A stretch of 64,000 bases of DNA. Origin: Eledone cirrhosa. Its lineage: Eukaryota. The notes under the pieces are model-generated. The model did not search any database, was not told the DNA's origin, and saw only the letters and a program-made list of their open reading frames with translations. Positions 1 through 12,640 of the stretch are shown here, in pieces. Numbering within the stretch: position 1 is the stretch's first letter; each line of letters opens with the position of its first letter. The stretch covers positions 22,382,001-22,446,000 of the forward strand of contig OZ024764.1 in the NCBI GenBank assembly GCA_964016885.1. Reading direction: 5' to 3'. Both the position numbers and the translations under genes were made by a program.

Positions 1-2537
1 GTAACAGATTTAAAGATATTTTACTCAACGCCTACGACAGAAAAGAAGAACAGATAGAGACATTTAACGTAGAAGATAACTGGGAGTTCCTATAAAATAA
101 CTTACTAAAGGTGACGGATGAGATCTGTGGCTGGAGTAAGACCTCAAGCAGGAGGAGAGTGACTTGGTGGTGGAACAATAAGGTAGATGAAGCAGTTAAG
201 GCCAAGAGACAGGCATGGAAAGAATGGAAGAACGGGGGGAGCAGGGTACATTACATAGAGACCAAGAGGGAAGCTAGGCGACAAGTATACTTAACTAGGA
301 GGGAAGCAGAGGATAGAAAATTCAAGCATGTTTTACAACGTGGGGACCAGAAACAGGAGGTATTCAAGATTGCGAGGCAGTGTGTCAGAGATAGTTGTGA
401 TGTCATTGGAGAGAAGTGTATCCGGAATGATAAAGGTGAGCTTGCCCTCACAAGTGCTGAGAAGAAAGATGCATGGAAGAGTCATTATGATAGATTACTA
501 AATGAGGAGAATGCATGGGAAGAAGAGACCCTACCCCAAGTAGACCCTATAGAGGGACCAGCAGTACAAGTCAGCAGCAGCGTAGTAAGTAAGGCAATCA
601 AAGATATGAAGATGGGGAAGGCAACCGGTCCATCGGGTATAGCTGCCGAGATGCTGAAGGCATCTGGGTCTGTAGGTCACACTATAACCACACGTATCGT
701 TAACCAGGTAATACTAGAAGGGGCCATACCAAAAGACTGGTGCAGTAGCATCATTGTCAACTGCTACAAAGGTAAAGGCGATGCACTAGATAGAGGAAAC
801 TATAGAGGTATAAAGTTGATGGACCAGGTCATGAAAGTAACAGAAAGAGTTATAGCACAGCTGATTAGGGACCAGGTGAAAATAGACGAGATGCAATTTG
901 GGTTTGTACCAGGAAGAGGCACCACTGATGCCCTCTTCCTTGTGAGGCAATTACAGGAAAAGTACCTAGCTAAAAGTAAGCCACTCTACTTGGCATTTGT
1001 CGACCTTGAGAAAGCCTTTGACAGAGTTCCACGTGTTGTAATCTGGTGGGCTCTTAGAAAACTAGGAGTAGATGATTGGCTTGTGAAAGCGGTACAAGCC
1101 ATGTATAGGGGAGCAGTCAGCAAAGTTAGGATTAGCAATGAGTATAGCGAGGAATTTAGCGTACAGGTTGGGGTCCACCAAGGCTCTGTTCTTAGCCCTC
1201 TCCTGTTCATCATAGTCCTGCAGGCAATAACGGAGGAGTTTAAGACCGGATGCCCATGGGAACTCCTGTATGCTGATGACCTCGCACTCATAGCTGAATC
1301 TATGGTAGAACTAGAGAATAAATTCCAAACCTGGAAGCAGGGACTAGAAAGAAAGGGTCTCAAAGTCAACCTGACAAAGACTAAGGTCCTTGTAAGTAGA
1401 CGAGAAAGCAGAACCCAGATCCCCTCAGGGAAATGGCCTTGCTTAGTATGTGGGAAAGGTGTAGGTAGGAACTCCGTCCTCTACCCCAAATACAAACAAT
1501 GGGTACACAAGAGATGTAGCGGGATCTCAGGAAGCTTAATTAAGAATGTAGGATTCACATGCAGCAGCTGTGCTGAAACAGCAAGCAGCAAACAGCCACA
1601 GGAAACAAGTACCACCAATTTCTGGGAGGGCCCTGTAGAAACAGTAGACAGCTTCTGCAACCTAGGTGAGCGAATTAGCAACGGAGGTGGGTGTTCAGAA
1701 AGTACAATAACTAGGGTAAGAACGGGATGGAAGAAGTTTAGGGAACTACTACCACTGCTAGCTGCAAAAGGCTTCTCCCTCAGAATGAAAGGCAGACTGT
1801 ATGATGCGTGTATCCGAACAGCGATGTTGCATGGTAGTGAGACCTGGGCGCTGAAGGTGGAAGACTTACGTAGATTAGAGAGAAACGAAGCCTGCATGCT
1901 CCGATGGATGTGTAACAGTAATATACGTGAACGACAAAGCATAAATGAATTGAGAGAGAGACTGAGCATAAGAGGAATCAAATGCTGTGTGCAGGAGAGG
2001 CGGTTGCGCTGGTATGGACATGTGATGCGTATGAAGGATGACAGCTGCATAAAAAGGTGCAGAGCACTAGAAGTTGATGGAAACCGCGGAGTGGGGAGAC
2101 CCAAGATGACCTGGGATGAGGTGATAAAAGCCGACCTTACCCAATTACACCTCTCAAAGACAATGACACACGACCGTGACTTCTGGCGTCACGCAGTAAT
2201 ACAGAGTACCTGACCTCCCATGGGTACAAGCTGAAGCATATAGACAATATGCCCCCACACCCCCCACTATAAAGTGGTCGTGGAGGTGCCACAGCAAAAA
2301 AAGCACCCAGCCCACACTGTAAAGTGGACGTGTAGGCGCCACGAAAAAGCACCCAGCAATCACTGCAAATGAGGTTGGTGTTAGGAAGGGCATCCAGCTG
2401 TAGAAATCAAGCCAGATCAGTTCCTGTATGAGCTAGGCATGGTCAGCCGACCAGACACTGCACACAACAGGACAACCCGTCTAACCCATGCTAGCGTGGA
2501 AGAACGGACGTAAAACGGTGATGATGATGATGATGAT
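1..2537 (+). mobile_element. RTE-clade non-LTR retrotransposon (LINE), young copy; 5' part lies outside the window; 3' UTR ends in a (GAT)n tail
   Basis: RT motifs FVDLEKAFDRVPR, GVHQGSVLSP, LLYADD; RTE C-terminal RRLRWYGHVMR...GRPK; tail ggtgatgatgatgatgatgat at ~2517-2537. Sister unit (18750-18850) has only (TA)n/(CA)n at this position. Confidence 0.93.
111..2213 (+). CDS. RTE reverse transcriptase ORF (partial; in-frame TAA at 93-95 upstream) with a PHD-like Cys/His motif after the RT core
   Basis: 700-aa ORF; WPCLVCGKGVGRNSV...WVHKRCSG...FTCSSC. Confidence 0.85.
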   Translation: MTDEICGWSKTSSRRRVTWWWNNKVDEAVKAKRQAWKEWKNGGSRVHYIETKREARRQVYLTRREAEDRKFKHVLQRGDQKQEVFKIARQCVRDSCDVIGEKCIRNDKGELALTSAEKKDAWKSHYDRLLNEENAWEEETLPQVDPIEGPAVQVSSSVVSKAIKDMKMGKATGPSGIAAEMLKASGSVGHTITTRIVNQVILEGAIPKDWCSSIIVNCYKGKGDALDRGNYRGIKLMDQVMKVTERVIAQLIRDQVKIDEMQFGFVPGRGTTDALFLVRQLQEKYLAKSKPLYLAFVDLEKAFDRVPRVVIWWALRKLGVDDWLVKAVQAMYRGAVSKVRISNEYSEEFSVQVGVHQGSVLSPLLFIIVLQAITEEFKTGCPWELLYADDLALIAESMVELENKFQTWKQGLERKGLKVNLTKTKVLVSRRESRTQIPSGKWPCLVCGKGVGRNSVLYPKYKQWVHKRCSGISGSLIKNVGFTCSSCAETASSKQPQETSTTNFWEGPVETVDSFCNLGERISNGGGCSESTITRVRTGWKKFRELLPLLAAKGFSLRMKGRLYDACIRTAMLHGSETWALKVEDLRRLERNEACMLRWMCNSNIRERQSINELRERLSIRGIKCCVQERRLRWYGHVMRMKDDSCIKRCRALEVDGNRGVGRPKMTWDEVIKADLTQLHLSKTMTHDRDFWRHAVIQST

Positions 2538-2845
2538 ACACACACGTCACTTGTTATAATTTTATAAGTTTGTTCAACAGCACCACCAGCTATCTCTCTC
2601 ACACACCCATTATCTTTCTCTCTCTATTACCAGAAAAACCCCATATCTCGTGCATTGATTTACGTGAAACTTATTTTATCCCATTTGTATTCCCATTTCA
2701 GGGTCAACTTCCTTTCAAACTATTTTCCCATTATGCCCCGTTTTAGCTGTATTACATTACAGAAAAGATACAATCACAGAGTTTTAGGTTTATAATGTTA
2801 TAGTATCATGATAGGGTAATACAGTTATTTATAGACCTGTGGTAA

Positions 2846-2947
2846 ATGTTGGTTCAGTCCACCCTGAGGGGTGTTAGTGTTGGTTCAGTCCACCCTGGGG
2901 GGTGTAAGTGTTGGTTCAGTCTACCCTGAGGGGTGTCAGTATTGGTT
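2846..2947. repeat. 31-bp G-rich minisatellite (gttggttcagtccaccctggggggtgttagt), ~3 copies
   Basis: Direct tandem repeats; ~2 copies at 19160-19228 and ~8 at 35626-35880. Confidence 0.85.
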
Positions 2948-2974
2948 AATGATAACCTTTATAACTAGAGGCCT

Positions 2975-3330
2975 GTTGGTGAGGAAAAGCTGGAAGTGGT
3001 GACATCTTTCTGCTACCTGTGTGACATGTCAGCTGGAAGTGGAGCCAAGTTCACTGCCATCGTGCTGTGCCACTCCACAGGTAACAAGTTTAGGCAGCTT
3101 CTCCTAATCCTCAAGACATGCTGGCTACCATTAGACACCATGGGGCAGGTTTATAACACCTGTGGGAGAAGTGTGTTGTTTCATGCCAGCGAGACCTGGG
3201 CCATGTTATCTGACTGTCTGAATTGACTCTGAAGAAATGACAGAGCTATGATCCACTGGATGTGTAATGTGACCATTGAGGATGATGTCAGCTCGACTGA
3301 GCTCCTAAAAAAACTGCTGATCGACAACCT
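2975..3330 (+). mobile_element. Degenerate RTE fragment (C-terminal region)
   Basis: VTSFCYLCDM...YNTCGRSVLFHASETWA resembles SFCNLG...YDACIRTAMLHGSETWA of the RTE at 111-2213. Confidence 0.75.
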
Positions 3331-3374
3331 CAAGGATGTGTTTCACAGGAGACACATGCACTGGTATGGCCATG

Positions 3375-5985
3375 TTGTGCATTCTCTCTCAAGTCATCTA
3401 TGCTTGGTCGTTGATGCACATTGACATTGCACATCCAACGGAGCATACTTGCTTCATTTTTCTCCAACCATCGCATATCCTCCACAGTTGCTGTCCATGT
3501 CTCACTACCGTGCAGCATCACACATCTCACGCAGGCATCACAAGCCATTTGTTCTTAGAGAGAAACCCTTCTTTGTCAACAGAGGAAGCAGCTCCCTAAA
3601 CTTCTTCCAACCCGTCCTTATTCTAGATACTATGGCCTCTGGGCACCCTCCTCCCATGCTAATTTGATCACCTAGATACCGGAAGCTATCAACCACTTCT
3701 ATAGAACCTATCTGCATTTGAAAAATGTGTCTATCACTGCGACTTCTACTGTCAAATTTCCCTGTACATCTACTACATATGTATTTTTCCCTACCTGTTA
3801 GTTTGCCTGCTATCCCACTACATCTCTTGTGTACCCAAAATCTGCATTGTGTACATTATAGAATTTATGCCAGTTCCTTTTCTACATATTGAACAAGGCC
3901 ATTTCCCTGATGGAATGACAGTTTTGTCCTCTTTTCTACTCATCAACACTTTAGTCTTAGCTAGGTTCACTCTCAGTCCTCTTGATTCCAACTGCTGTTG
4001 CAATAGCCAGAATTTATTCTCTAGCTCCTCTACTGATTCTGCTATAAGAACCATATCGTCAGCATAGAGAACTTCCCATGGGCACCTAGTCTTAAACTCC
4101 TCTGTTATGACTTGGAGGACTATAATGAACAAGAGCGGGCTGAGGACCGAACCCTGATGTACTCCTGCATCTGTAATTCCTCACTAAACTCCATGCCTAC
4201 CCTCCCTTTACTGACAGCACCTCTGTACATAGCTTGCACTGTCCTCGCAAACTATTCCTCTACACCTAGTTTCCTTAGGGACCACCAGATGACAGATTGG
4301 GGTACTCTATCAAAGGCCTTCTCTAGGTCAACAAAAACTAAGTATAGTGGTTTTCTTCTCTAAGAACCTCTCTAGTAGTTGTCTCACTAAGAAGAGGGCA
4401 TCTGTTTGACTCTTTCTCTAAGTTGTGCTAGTATTCTTTCTGTCACTTTCATAACCTGATCCATCAGTTTTATACCCCTATAATTACTCCTCTCCAGAAC
4501 ATCCCCTTTACCTTTACCTCAATTTATGAGAATACTGCTGCACCAGTCTTTGGGGTATGACACCACCATATATAGCTTGATTAATGATACATGCAACCAG
4601 TTTAATTCCTACTTCTCTTGATGCCTTCAGCATCTCAGCAACTATCCCCAACAGTCCAGCGGACTTACCATTTTTCATTTCCTTAATTGCCTCTTGGACC
4701 CTATAGTCGTCAATCTCAATAGCTGGTCCTTCTGTCGGGTCTACTGAAGGTAGCTCCCCTCCTATTCATTCTCCACATTCATCAGTCTCTCATAATGACA
4801 TTTCCAGGCCTCCTTTTTTTTGAGAATCAGTGACACGAAGTGCACCAACATCCTGATTTACACTGACACACTGCCTTGCAATGTGGATCACCGCACATCT
4901 CTGATCTCCCCATCGCAGGACATTGGCAAACCTTCTACTCTCAGCCTCCCTGCATGTTAAGTAGACCTGACATCTAGCTTCTCTCTTTGTGGCTGTGAAT
5001 CGGTCTCTACCCCTACCATTTTCCAAGCCTTTTGTCTCTAATAGCTCTATCTACCGTGCTGTTTCACCACCAGGTCACCCTCTGTCTGTTTGGAGCTCTG
5101 CTCCAGCCACAAATTTCTTCAGTAACCTGCAGTAAGTTGTCACGTAAGAAATTCCAGTTATCGTCCATGTCATAGGATTGTAAATCATCTTCTTTTTCGC
5201 CATACACATCTTGATGGGCTTCCCTAAATTTATATTTTACTGAAAGGTCTTTTAGTTTCCAGACCTTCCTTTTTCACACCTTCTTGTATGTCTCTCTTTG
5301 TCTCTTGCTTACTGAGATGTCACTAACGACTAACCTATGTTGGGGGGTTACATTATTCCCTGGGGTATGCCTTAGTATTTGACACCATCTATCTGTTTTA
5401 CTCCCTAACTAGCAAGAAGTAACTCTGTCTCATGTGCTCACCTGATTGGTAGGTTATTAGGTGGTTGGTAGGTTTCTTAAAGTGTTGCAAATGGTTAGTT
5501 CACTTGCATCACAAAATACAAGAAGCCTCACTCCTCCTTCATTTCTTGAGCCATAACCATGACCACCATGTACCCCAGTGTATCCATCCTGGAACTGTCC
5601 AACATGACTATTCAAGTCCCCTGCTATTATAACTAGGTCTCTGTCATTGTGGTTATCTCTACTTATTCCTTTTCCACATATCGAGCAGGGCTGCTTTCCT
5701 GAAGGTGTCAGGGTCTTCTCTCCTATCCATGACCACTTTAGTTTTTGGCTAAGTATATTCTCAGAACTTACCATTTCAAATTCTATATCTATAGCTGGTC
5801 ATCTACATAGAGAAGTTTCCATAGACAGCCAGTCTTAAACCTCTCTGTTATGGCTTGGAGAACTATGATGAACAACAGTGGGCTAAGAACTAAACCATGA
5901 TGAACTCCTACCTGTACCTTCAATTCCTCACTAAACACACTTTACTGACAGCTTCTCACAAGCCATTCTTCTACACCTAATTTCT
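3375..5985 (-). mobile_element. Old, frameshifted RTE copy (endonuclease end plus RT), with an extra RT fragment at ~5650-5985
   Basis: Minus-strand fragments IIAGDLNSHVG..GYGSRNEGG, CPWEVLYADD, MLHGSETW, ASMLRWMC; many stops and frameshifts. Confidence 0.88.
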
Positions 5986-5989
5986 TTAA

Positions 5990-6194
5990 CCCTTTAGTAT
6001 ATAAACTGGCCATATCTGGCCAGAATTCTCTCACACCTTTCTGTTCAAACTGGCCGTAACTGGTCACTTATACTTATGTTAAGGTATTCTCAAATTAAGT
6101 AACATCAAAATCTCATAGATTTGATATTATGTGAGATAAAGCATTTACTGTGAAAATATAATAGTAAATATAGAGTAATGTGAATACTAAAGGG
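5990..6194. mobile_element. piggyBac-type MITE (TTAA target)
   Basis: ttaa|ccctttagtat...atactaaaggg|ttaa. Copies at 20508-20715, 38912-39119, 55362-57485 (interrupted by a LINE) and a 3' half at ~59542-59631. Confidence 0.8.
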
Positions 6195-6198
6195 TTAA

Positions 6199-6495
6199 TC
6201 TGATGTCACTCATAACTACTTTTATCAGTAAGTATAATCTAACGTCACTAATAACTACTTTTATCAGTCAGTATAATCTAATGTCACTAATAACTACTTT
6301 TATCAGTCAGTATAATCTAATGTCACTAATAATTACTTTTATCAGTCAGTATAATCTAATGTCACTAATAACTACTTTTATCAGTCAGTTTATTCTACTG
6401 TCACTAATAATTACTTTTATCAGTCAGTTTAATCTAATGTCACTAATAACTACTTTTTTCAGCGAGTATAATCTACTGCCACTAATAACTAACCT
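6199..6495. repeat. 39-bp intronic VNTR (atgtcactaataactacttttatcagtcagtttaatcta), ~7.5 copies
   Basis: Tandem repeat, visible as MSLITTFISQYNL periodicity. Confidence 0.95.
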
Positions 6496-6619
6496 ATGTT
6501 AGTCAGCACATTCTTCACCAAAGAAGGCCTTAGTATTTATTACAGTCCATTTATCAATATAGAAATATTCTATGAAATTTGTACTGATGTATTACAAGTT
6601 TCTGTGTATCTTATAATGT

Positions 6620-6636
6620 TCTTTTATTATTTCAGA
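6620..6636 (+). promoter_or_regulatory. Putative 3' splice site of the ZNF exon (tcttttattatttcag|aatacc)
   Basis: Pyrimidine tract plus TTTCAG, conserved in all five units (exon starts 6636, 21391, 39366, 57956, 60268). Confidence 0.6.
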
Positions 6637-7244
6637 ATACCAGAGGACATTGGCATTAAAGAGCACGTTACATCAGACATATCCTCAACATTAACCATTT
6701 CTAATGAAAGACACTACCCATCATTTTCAAATAATTTTGAAAACACTCAACACTTTGAAGGGATTTAGTAATATAACTAAATTTCTCAGTATTAAGCTGC
6801 TATTTGGAACATAACTTTGCACAATTTCATGAAGTTACAATGGAAAGTTTTTAGATAAATATAAAGACTGTTATGAAAAGGATAAAACACTTTTATATCA
6901 GTTGTTTCATCAACACCATTATTTAAAGACGAAAGGAAGCTGTTATACAGAACAGATACAACCTTGTTTATATAAATCTAGGGGAGAAACACTCTGAAAT
7001 ATTTCTTGTAAACTCAATAACACTTCTATTCTTTGCTGTCTGGAATATGTAGAAGATACAAAATAAAGCAGAAGAAATTTACACATGATTTTGTAAGATC
7101 TTCATATATTGACAAAGTTGATAGTTGATGGAACTACAGGAGTAGAAATATTTCCATTATTACAGGAATAACTAATCAAATAAAAACCAGAAAAATTAGA
7201 TTCTTCACTGTCTGGAATATGTACAAGATGATTTTATATGTATA

Positions 7245-8021
7245 CTAGCAGTAAAGCCCGGCGTTGCTCGGGGTCGCTCAGTAGCTGTGTTAAAGTTACA
7301 ATGTTAAGTTTCTTTCTTGGCTTAAAAACTGTAGTGTCTACTGTGCAGACTTGCATGTGGTGTTTTTGATTAATATTCCCTCAACCAACAATATGCCTTA
7401 TGAAGTTAAGAAAACATAACGATAACCTGAATGTTATAACAAAAGAGGATGCTGTGGATAGAAACTGCACTGGTTATTTATTAACAAAGATCGAAAATGT
7501 AAACACTGCAACGCAGAGAAAAACATTAGCGTAACCAAATTATCAGTTATGTCTGTCTGCACGCCTATATCACCTCTCTGCACGACTGTCTGTCTGCACG
7601 CCTAACGACGAAATATTTGCTTGTTTTACGTAGTCTTTAAATAGACTTGTTTTCAAGTAAAAATATTGTTTTAAAATGCTTTTAAATGGAAATGAAACAA
7701 AACGGAAGCTTAGTGTTCGAACTGATGAATGTGTTAATGTCATTTTAAACGCTGAGAAAGCCAGCGTAATTTTTTACGTAAGACGCTCAATGTAAACAGA
7801 ACAAAGGGAAATAACTGATCACTTACGCTCAAAAATCGATACATTATATTCGATTTCGTCACATAGGGTGGATCAATTTGAAATTTTTTTTTTCCGATGT
7901 CTTCGCTAGGGCTCAATGTACAAGTATAGCAATTTCGGTGAAATTCCGTGAGAGATTCTAAGAGGAGATGTGTGCCAAAAATCGATAGACAGACAGACAA
8001 CCACAGTTTTATATATATAGA
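7245..8021 (-). mobile_element. Non-autonomous Helitron, specific to copy 1
   Basis: Minus strand starts TCTATATATATAAAAC and ends in hairpin cccgagcaacgccggg + tttactgCTAG; inserted between A and T with no TSD. Empty site tgtata|ttaaacttg at ~60871-60885. Confidence 0.9.
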
Positions 8022-8212
8022 TTAAACTTGAAGAGATCTACAAAACAGTTTGTATCATCTTTAAATATAAAGAAAGACCAAAGTTGATAGAAATATATCT
8101 GGAGGAATATATTTTAGGAATAATATTATAAACATAAAGAAGAAAAATATCCATATATTAAGAGGAGAAAAATATTAAAACTGTGAATTATGTGAGAAAC
8201 TGAGGTCATTGA

Positions 8213-9010
<798 letters not shown>

Positions 9011-9459
9011 CTGTATCAATATCAAACTCATTACATAATACTACAACAACAACAATTGTGTAGATCCATCATCCTTGCTAAAACTGGGGTCAACCTTGTA
9101 GGTTTTACCTAGGACAGGGATCATAAAACCAGGTTTCCATTTTTGAAGCAGTGTTTGAAGATTTTGTGTAAATTAAAGTTTTTCACATTAAACTTTGATT
9201 TATTATACTTTAACAGGTAAGATATATATTTGTATTTTTAGTAAAGGTTGGGAACTTCTGTAATTTAAACCTGCCAATAAAATGAAAACTTTTGTTGTTG
9301 CTAGTCAGACATTGGTATTAATTCTATTGTCCTGTACATTGTCTCAAATATCACAGATTAAACAGATTTTAACAATATCAACAGAAATCAATAACTTGTA
9401 AGCCTAATATCTAGCTTCCATTTTAACTATTTGATATTGTTGTTCCCCTCCTGTCTCTT

Positions 9460-10200
9460 CAGGTCTTTTAGATTTCAACTTCTATCTACTGTACTATTCC
9501 ATCACCAAGGCAACATTCATCTGGCTGGCAGCTTACATCAACTACAGATCTCATCAGTGGTTCACAACAAGCTGTCTGAAAGAAACTTCCAGATATCTTC
9601 TATATCATAGCTATCAATCTCCTCCTCCTTATCATATGTACCACTCTCACAGTCCCTCTAGATCTTATATTTAACAAGGAGATCTTTTACTATCTCTACC
9701 CTTTTCTCTAGGTTGTCTTGTACCACTCTCACAGTCCCTATAGATCTTATATTTAACGGGGAGATTCTTTACTGTCTCTACCCTTTTCTCTAGGTTGTCT
9801 TGTATCTCTTTTACAGTCCCTCTAGATCTTATATTTAACAGGGAGATCTTTTACTAGCCCTACCCTTTTCTCTAGGTTTTCTTTTACCTCTCTCACAATC
9901 CCTGTAGATCTTATATTTAACAGGGAGATCTTTTACTCTCGAACCCTTCTACAGATAGTCTTGTATATGTCATTCCCTCTAGATCTTACACCTCGTATCT
10001 AGTCTATGTTGAGTGGTATGTCTTTCTCCAGTAAAGGAGTTAATATTCCCAACCATCTGTCTATCCTGTTTTCTGATGAGAATGAAGTCAATCTAGTTTA
10101 TCTCTTCACCTGATTGAAGTAACTAGATCAAGTAACTAGATGGTTTCCTGTAAGTTAGTGTTGCAGTGTTTGTGTCACCATGTAAGGTTTATATCTATTA
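9460..10200 (-). mobile_element. Ancient RTE relic (endonuclease C-terminus/linker) containing an ~81-bp tandem repeat at ~9640-9960
   Basis: Minus strand reads IDFILIRKQDR..QHRL-like; repeat unit resembles the KVWKLKDLSVKYKF segment at 5220-5275. Confidence 0.6.
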
Positions 10201-10278
10201 ATATAGAGATGTAGTAAAGTTTTCACTGTTGTATCTCTACTTTCTAAATATCTTAATAATGTTTCTCTACTATTTCAG

Positions 10279-10660
10279 AATATCACATGACCTTGACAGA
10301 AAAGAGTCCTTTAAAGACAACAGAAAGATGTTACATACAAGTGATATAAACTTGTTTAGTCTGTGGTGAATTATGGTGAAATATTTCTTCTGAATTGAGA
10401 TAAATATTTTCCTTTTTCACTGTCTGGAATATTTACAAGATGATTTTACATTCTGATTAAACTTTAGATATTTACAAAGGAGTTTTCAAAATATTTGGAT
10501 ATTGACAAAGATCACATTTGGTAAAAATTATGAACAATAGAAATATTTACATCAACATAGGAATATTTTCCAGAAGAGATGGGAAAATCATTATACCACT
10601 GTAATATTTGTGGTAAAGTATTCTCTCTTCTTTATATGTAGAACATCTAACTAAACACTT
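10279..10660 (+). pseudogene. Relic ZNF exon (acceptor, 5' UTR-like sequence and half a finger)
   Basis: tatttcag|aatatc acceptor; cactgtctggaatatttacaagatgatttta shared with the ZNF leader; ATG 10579 reads MGKSLYHCNICGKVFS..stop. Copies at 23898-24290 and 41694-42080. Confidence 0.7.
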
Positions 10661-10769
10661 TAACTAACAAACTATTGTGCTATAGAATTGACAAACTTGA
10701 GGAATGTTTAATAAATGTTACAGATTTCTCCAAACTGTCGTTTACTAACTTTAATTTGAAGCTATATTA

Positions 10770-11136
10770 TCTATATACTACTAAAACTCTGTAATTGTGT
10801 CTTGTCTGTAATTTAATACAGCTAAAACGGTGCGTAATGGGGAAATACTTTGAAAAGAATAAAACAATTTTTGTATAAATTGGAGCACAGGTTCCCAAGA
10901 TTCAAGGTTTTCTGGGTACCTTCATAAATATAGGGAGAGAAAGAGATAGTGGTTGTGAGAGTGAGGAGTCAAATGGAAGAGAGAGAGAGAGAGCTGGTGG
11001 TGTTGTTTAATAAAATGTGTGTGTGTATATATATATGTACGTATGTGTATATTTTAACTATTTAAAAATTATTTTTAAATGACTTTTAAAAAATAGTTTT
11101 AAGGGAACGTGACCCAACAGGTCCCGGGTGGTCTAG
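10770..11136 (+). mobile_element. Non-autonomous Helitron, family B
   Basis: A|TCTATATACTACTAAAAC...cgtgacccaacaggtc(c/g)cgggtggtCTAG|T. Copies at 24394-24754 and 42190-42914; 3' part at 28392-28463. Confidence 0.82.
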
Positions 11137-11540
11137 TTTGTTACTAAATACTAGATATTAGAGGGTCATGTTGTTCTAGATGTGCTGGAAGAGCCATTCC
11201 ATCTTGTGAGGTTCACACCAGCAGCTAGCCACCTCAGCACCTATGGTGGTATATTTATTATATTATTTATTCTTTACCATTAACATTAATATAAAAGATA
11301 ATTATATATTTTTAGAGAAGAACCTCTAATTTTATATAGCTTAGGGCTTCAGTAGGTAAAAGTCTGGCCCTGCTTGTCTTGTATTTTTTAGGGGAGAAGT
11401 TAGGGAATACTGTTATTGTGTGAAAGTTTTCTAAATCTTCAGCCACTAACATGGAGAAGATATTTCAGTAAGAAGGTTCACGTCCTGACATCTATAGCTG
11501 TTAACAATGAGATTGGAATTCATTATTAAACAAATGTTAT

Positions 11541-12120
11541 ATCATCATCACTGTTTAACAACAGTTTTTTCACTCTGGCATAGGTTAGACGAGTTATCCT
11601 GTTGTAAGCATTGCCAGGTCAGGTGACCATGTCTGGCTCCTACAGAACAAATTTTGGATTGGTTTCTACAGCTGGATGTCCTTCCTAGCACCAACCTTAT
11701 TTACATTGAGTACTGGGTGCATTTTACCATCTCACCATCACGACCACTTTACAGTGTGGGCTGGGTGCTTTTTGTTGTGACACCTACATGACCACTTTAA
11801 AGTTTTGACTGGGTGCTTTTTGTCGTGACACCTACATGACCACTTTATAGTGTGGACTGGGTACTTTTTGTTGTGACACCAACATGACCACTTTAAAGTT
11901 TTGGCTGGGTACTTTTTGTTGTCACCTACATGACCACTTTACAGTGTGGGCTGGGTGCTTTTTGTCGTGACACCTACGCAACCGCTTTACAGTGTGGGCT
12001 GGTTTCTTTTTGTCATATCACCTACATGACCACCTTATAATGTTGACTGTGTTCTTTGCAGTGTGGGTTGGGTGCTTTTTGTCATATCACCTACCCAACC
12101 ACTTTGCAGTGTGGGCAGTG
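11541..12120 (-). mobile_element. RTE 3' end with an expanded 48-bp minisatellite
   Basis: Reverse complement of the RTE 3' UTR (2260-2535), starting atcatcatca; unit acctacatgaccactttacagtgtgggctgggtgctttttgttgtgac. Also at 25161-25910, 28868-29330, 43319-43780. Confidence 0.85.
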
Positions 12121-12339
12121 AAATATCAGTAATGCACCAGCTCCAATATTCAGTAATCAGAAGAAGGGAGGTAGGCATAAAAGCCAAACTTGCTGTCTTC
12201 AATTAGGTTTTTGTGCCAACCCTTACCTATGGTCACATATCTTGGGTAATGACCAAAAGAATATGATTGCGAATACAAGTGGCAGATATGGGATTCATCT
12301 GAAGGGTCTTTGAAGGAATGTTTCTCAATAAAGTGCATA

Positions 12340-12640
12340 GCTCTGAGATCAGAGAGTCACTCCAGGTGGAGCTGTTACTTCTCATAATTGAGACATCACA
12401 GCTGCAATACTATGGCCATGTGGTTAGAATGTCTGAGGAAAGAATCACTGGATAGATTTTACAGGCAAAACTAACCAGCAGGAGACCCAGGGGTAGACCT
12501 GAGCAAGATGGTCACATAACATCCATGAGCTTGGCTGGTCTCTCTGGGAGATCCAGCCAGACCAGTTGGAGTGGGTTGCTTCTGACAGGACCTGTTGGAG
12601 GGAGTGTTTGAGGACTCTGCCCCCAAGACCCTCTCTGGAA
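12340..12640 (+). mobile_element. Old RTE-like LINE C-terminal fragment
   Basis: Reads IETSQLQYYGHVVRMSEER...RRPRGRP. Confidence 0.6.

Noticed and set aside
6496-6768. Conserved 90-aa ORF (MLVSTFFTKEG...) upstream of the ZNFs
   Set aside because: Spans the putative intron/exon boundary, is broken by stops in copies 3 and 5, and is conserved only because of recent duplication.
11730-12120. CRISPR-like appearance of the regular repeats
   Set aside because: Units are contiguous with no unique spacers, there are no cas genes, and the context is eukaryotic.
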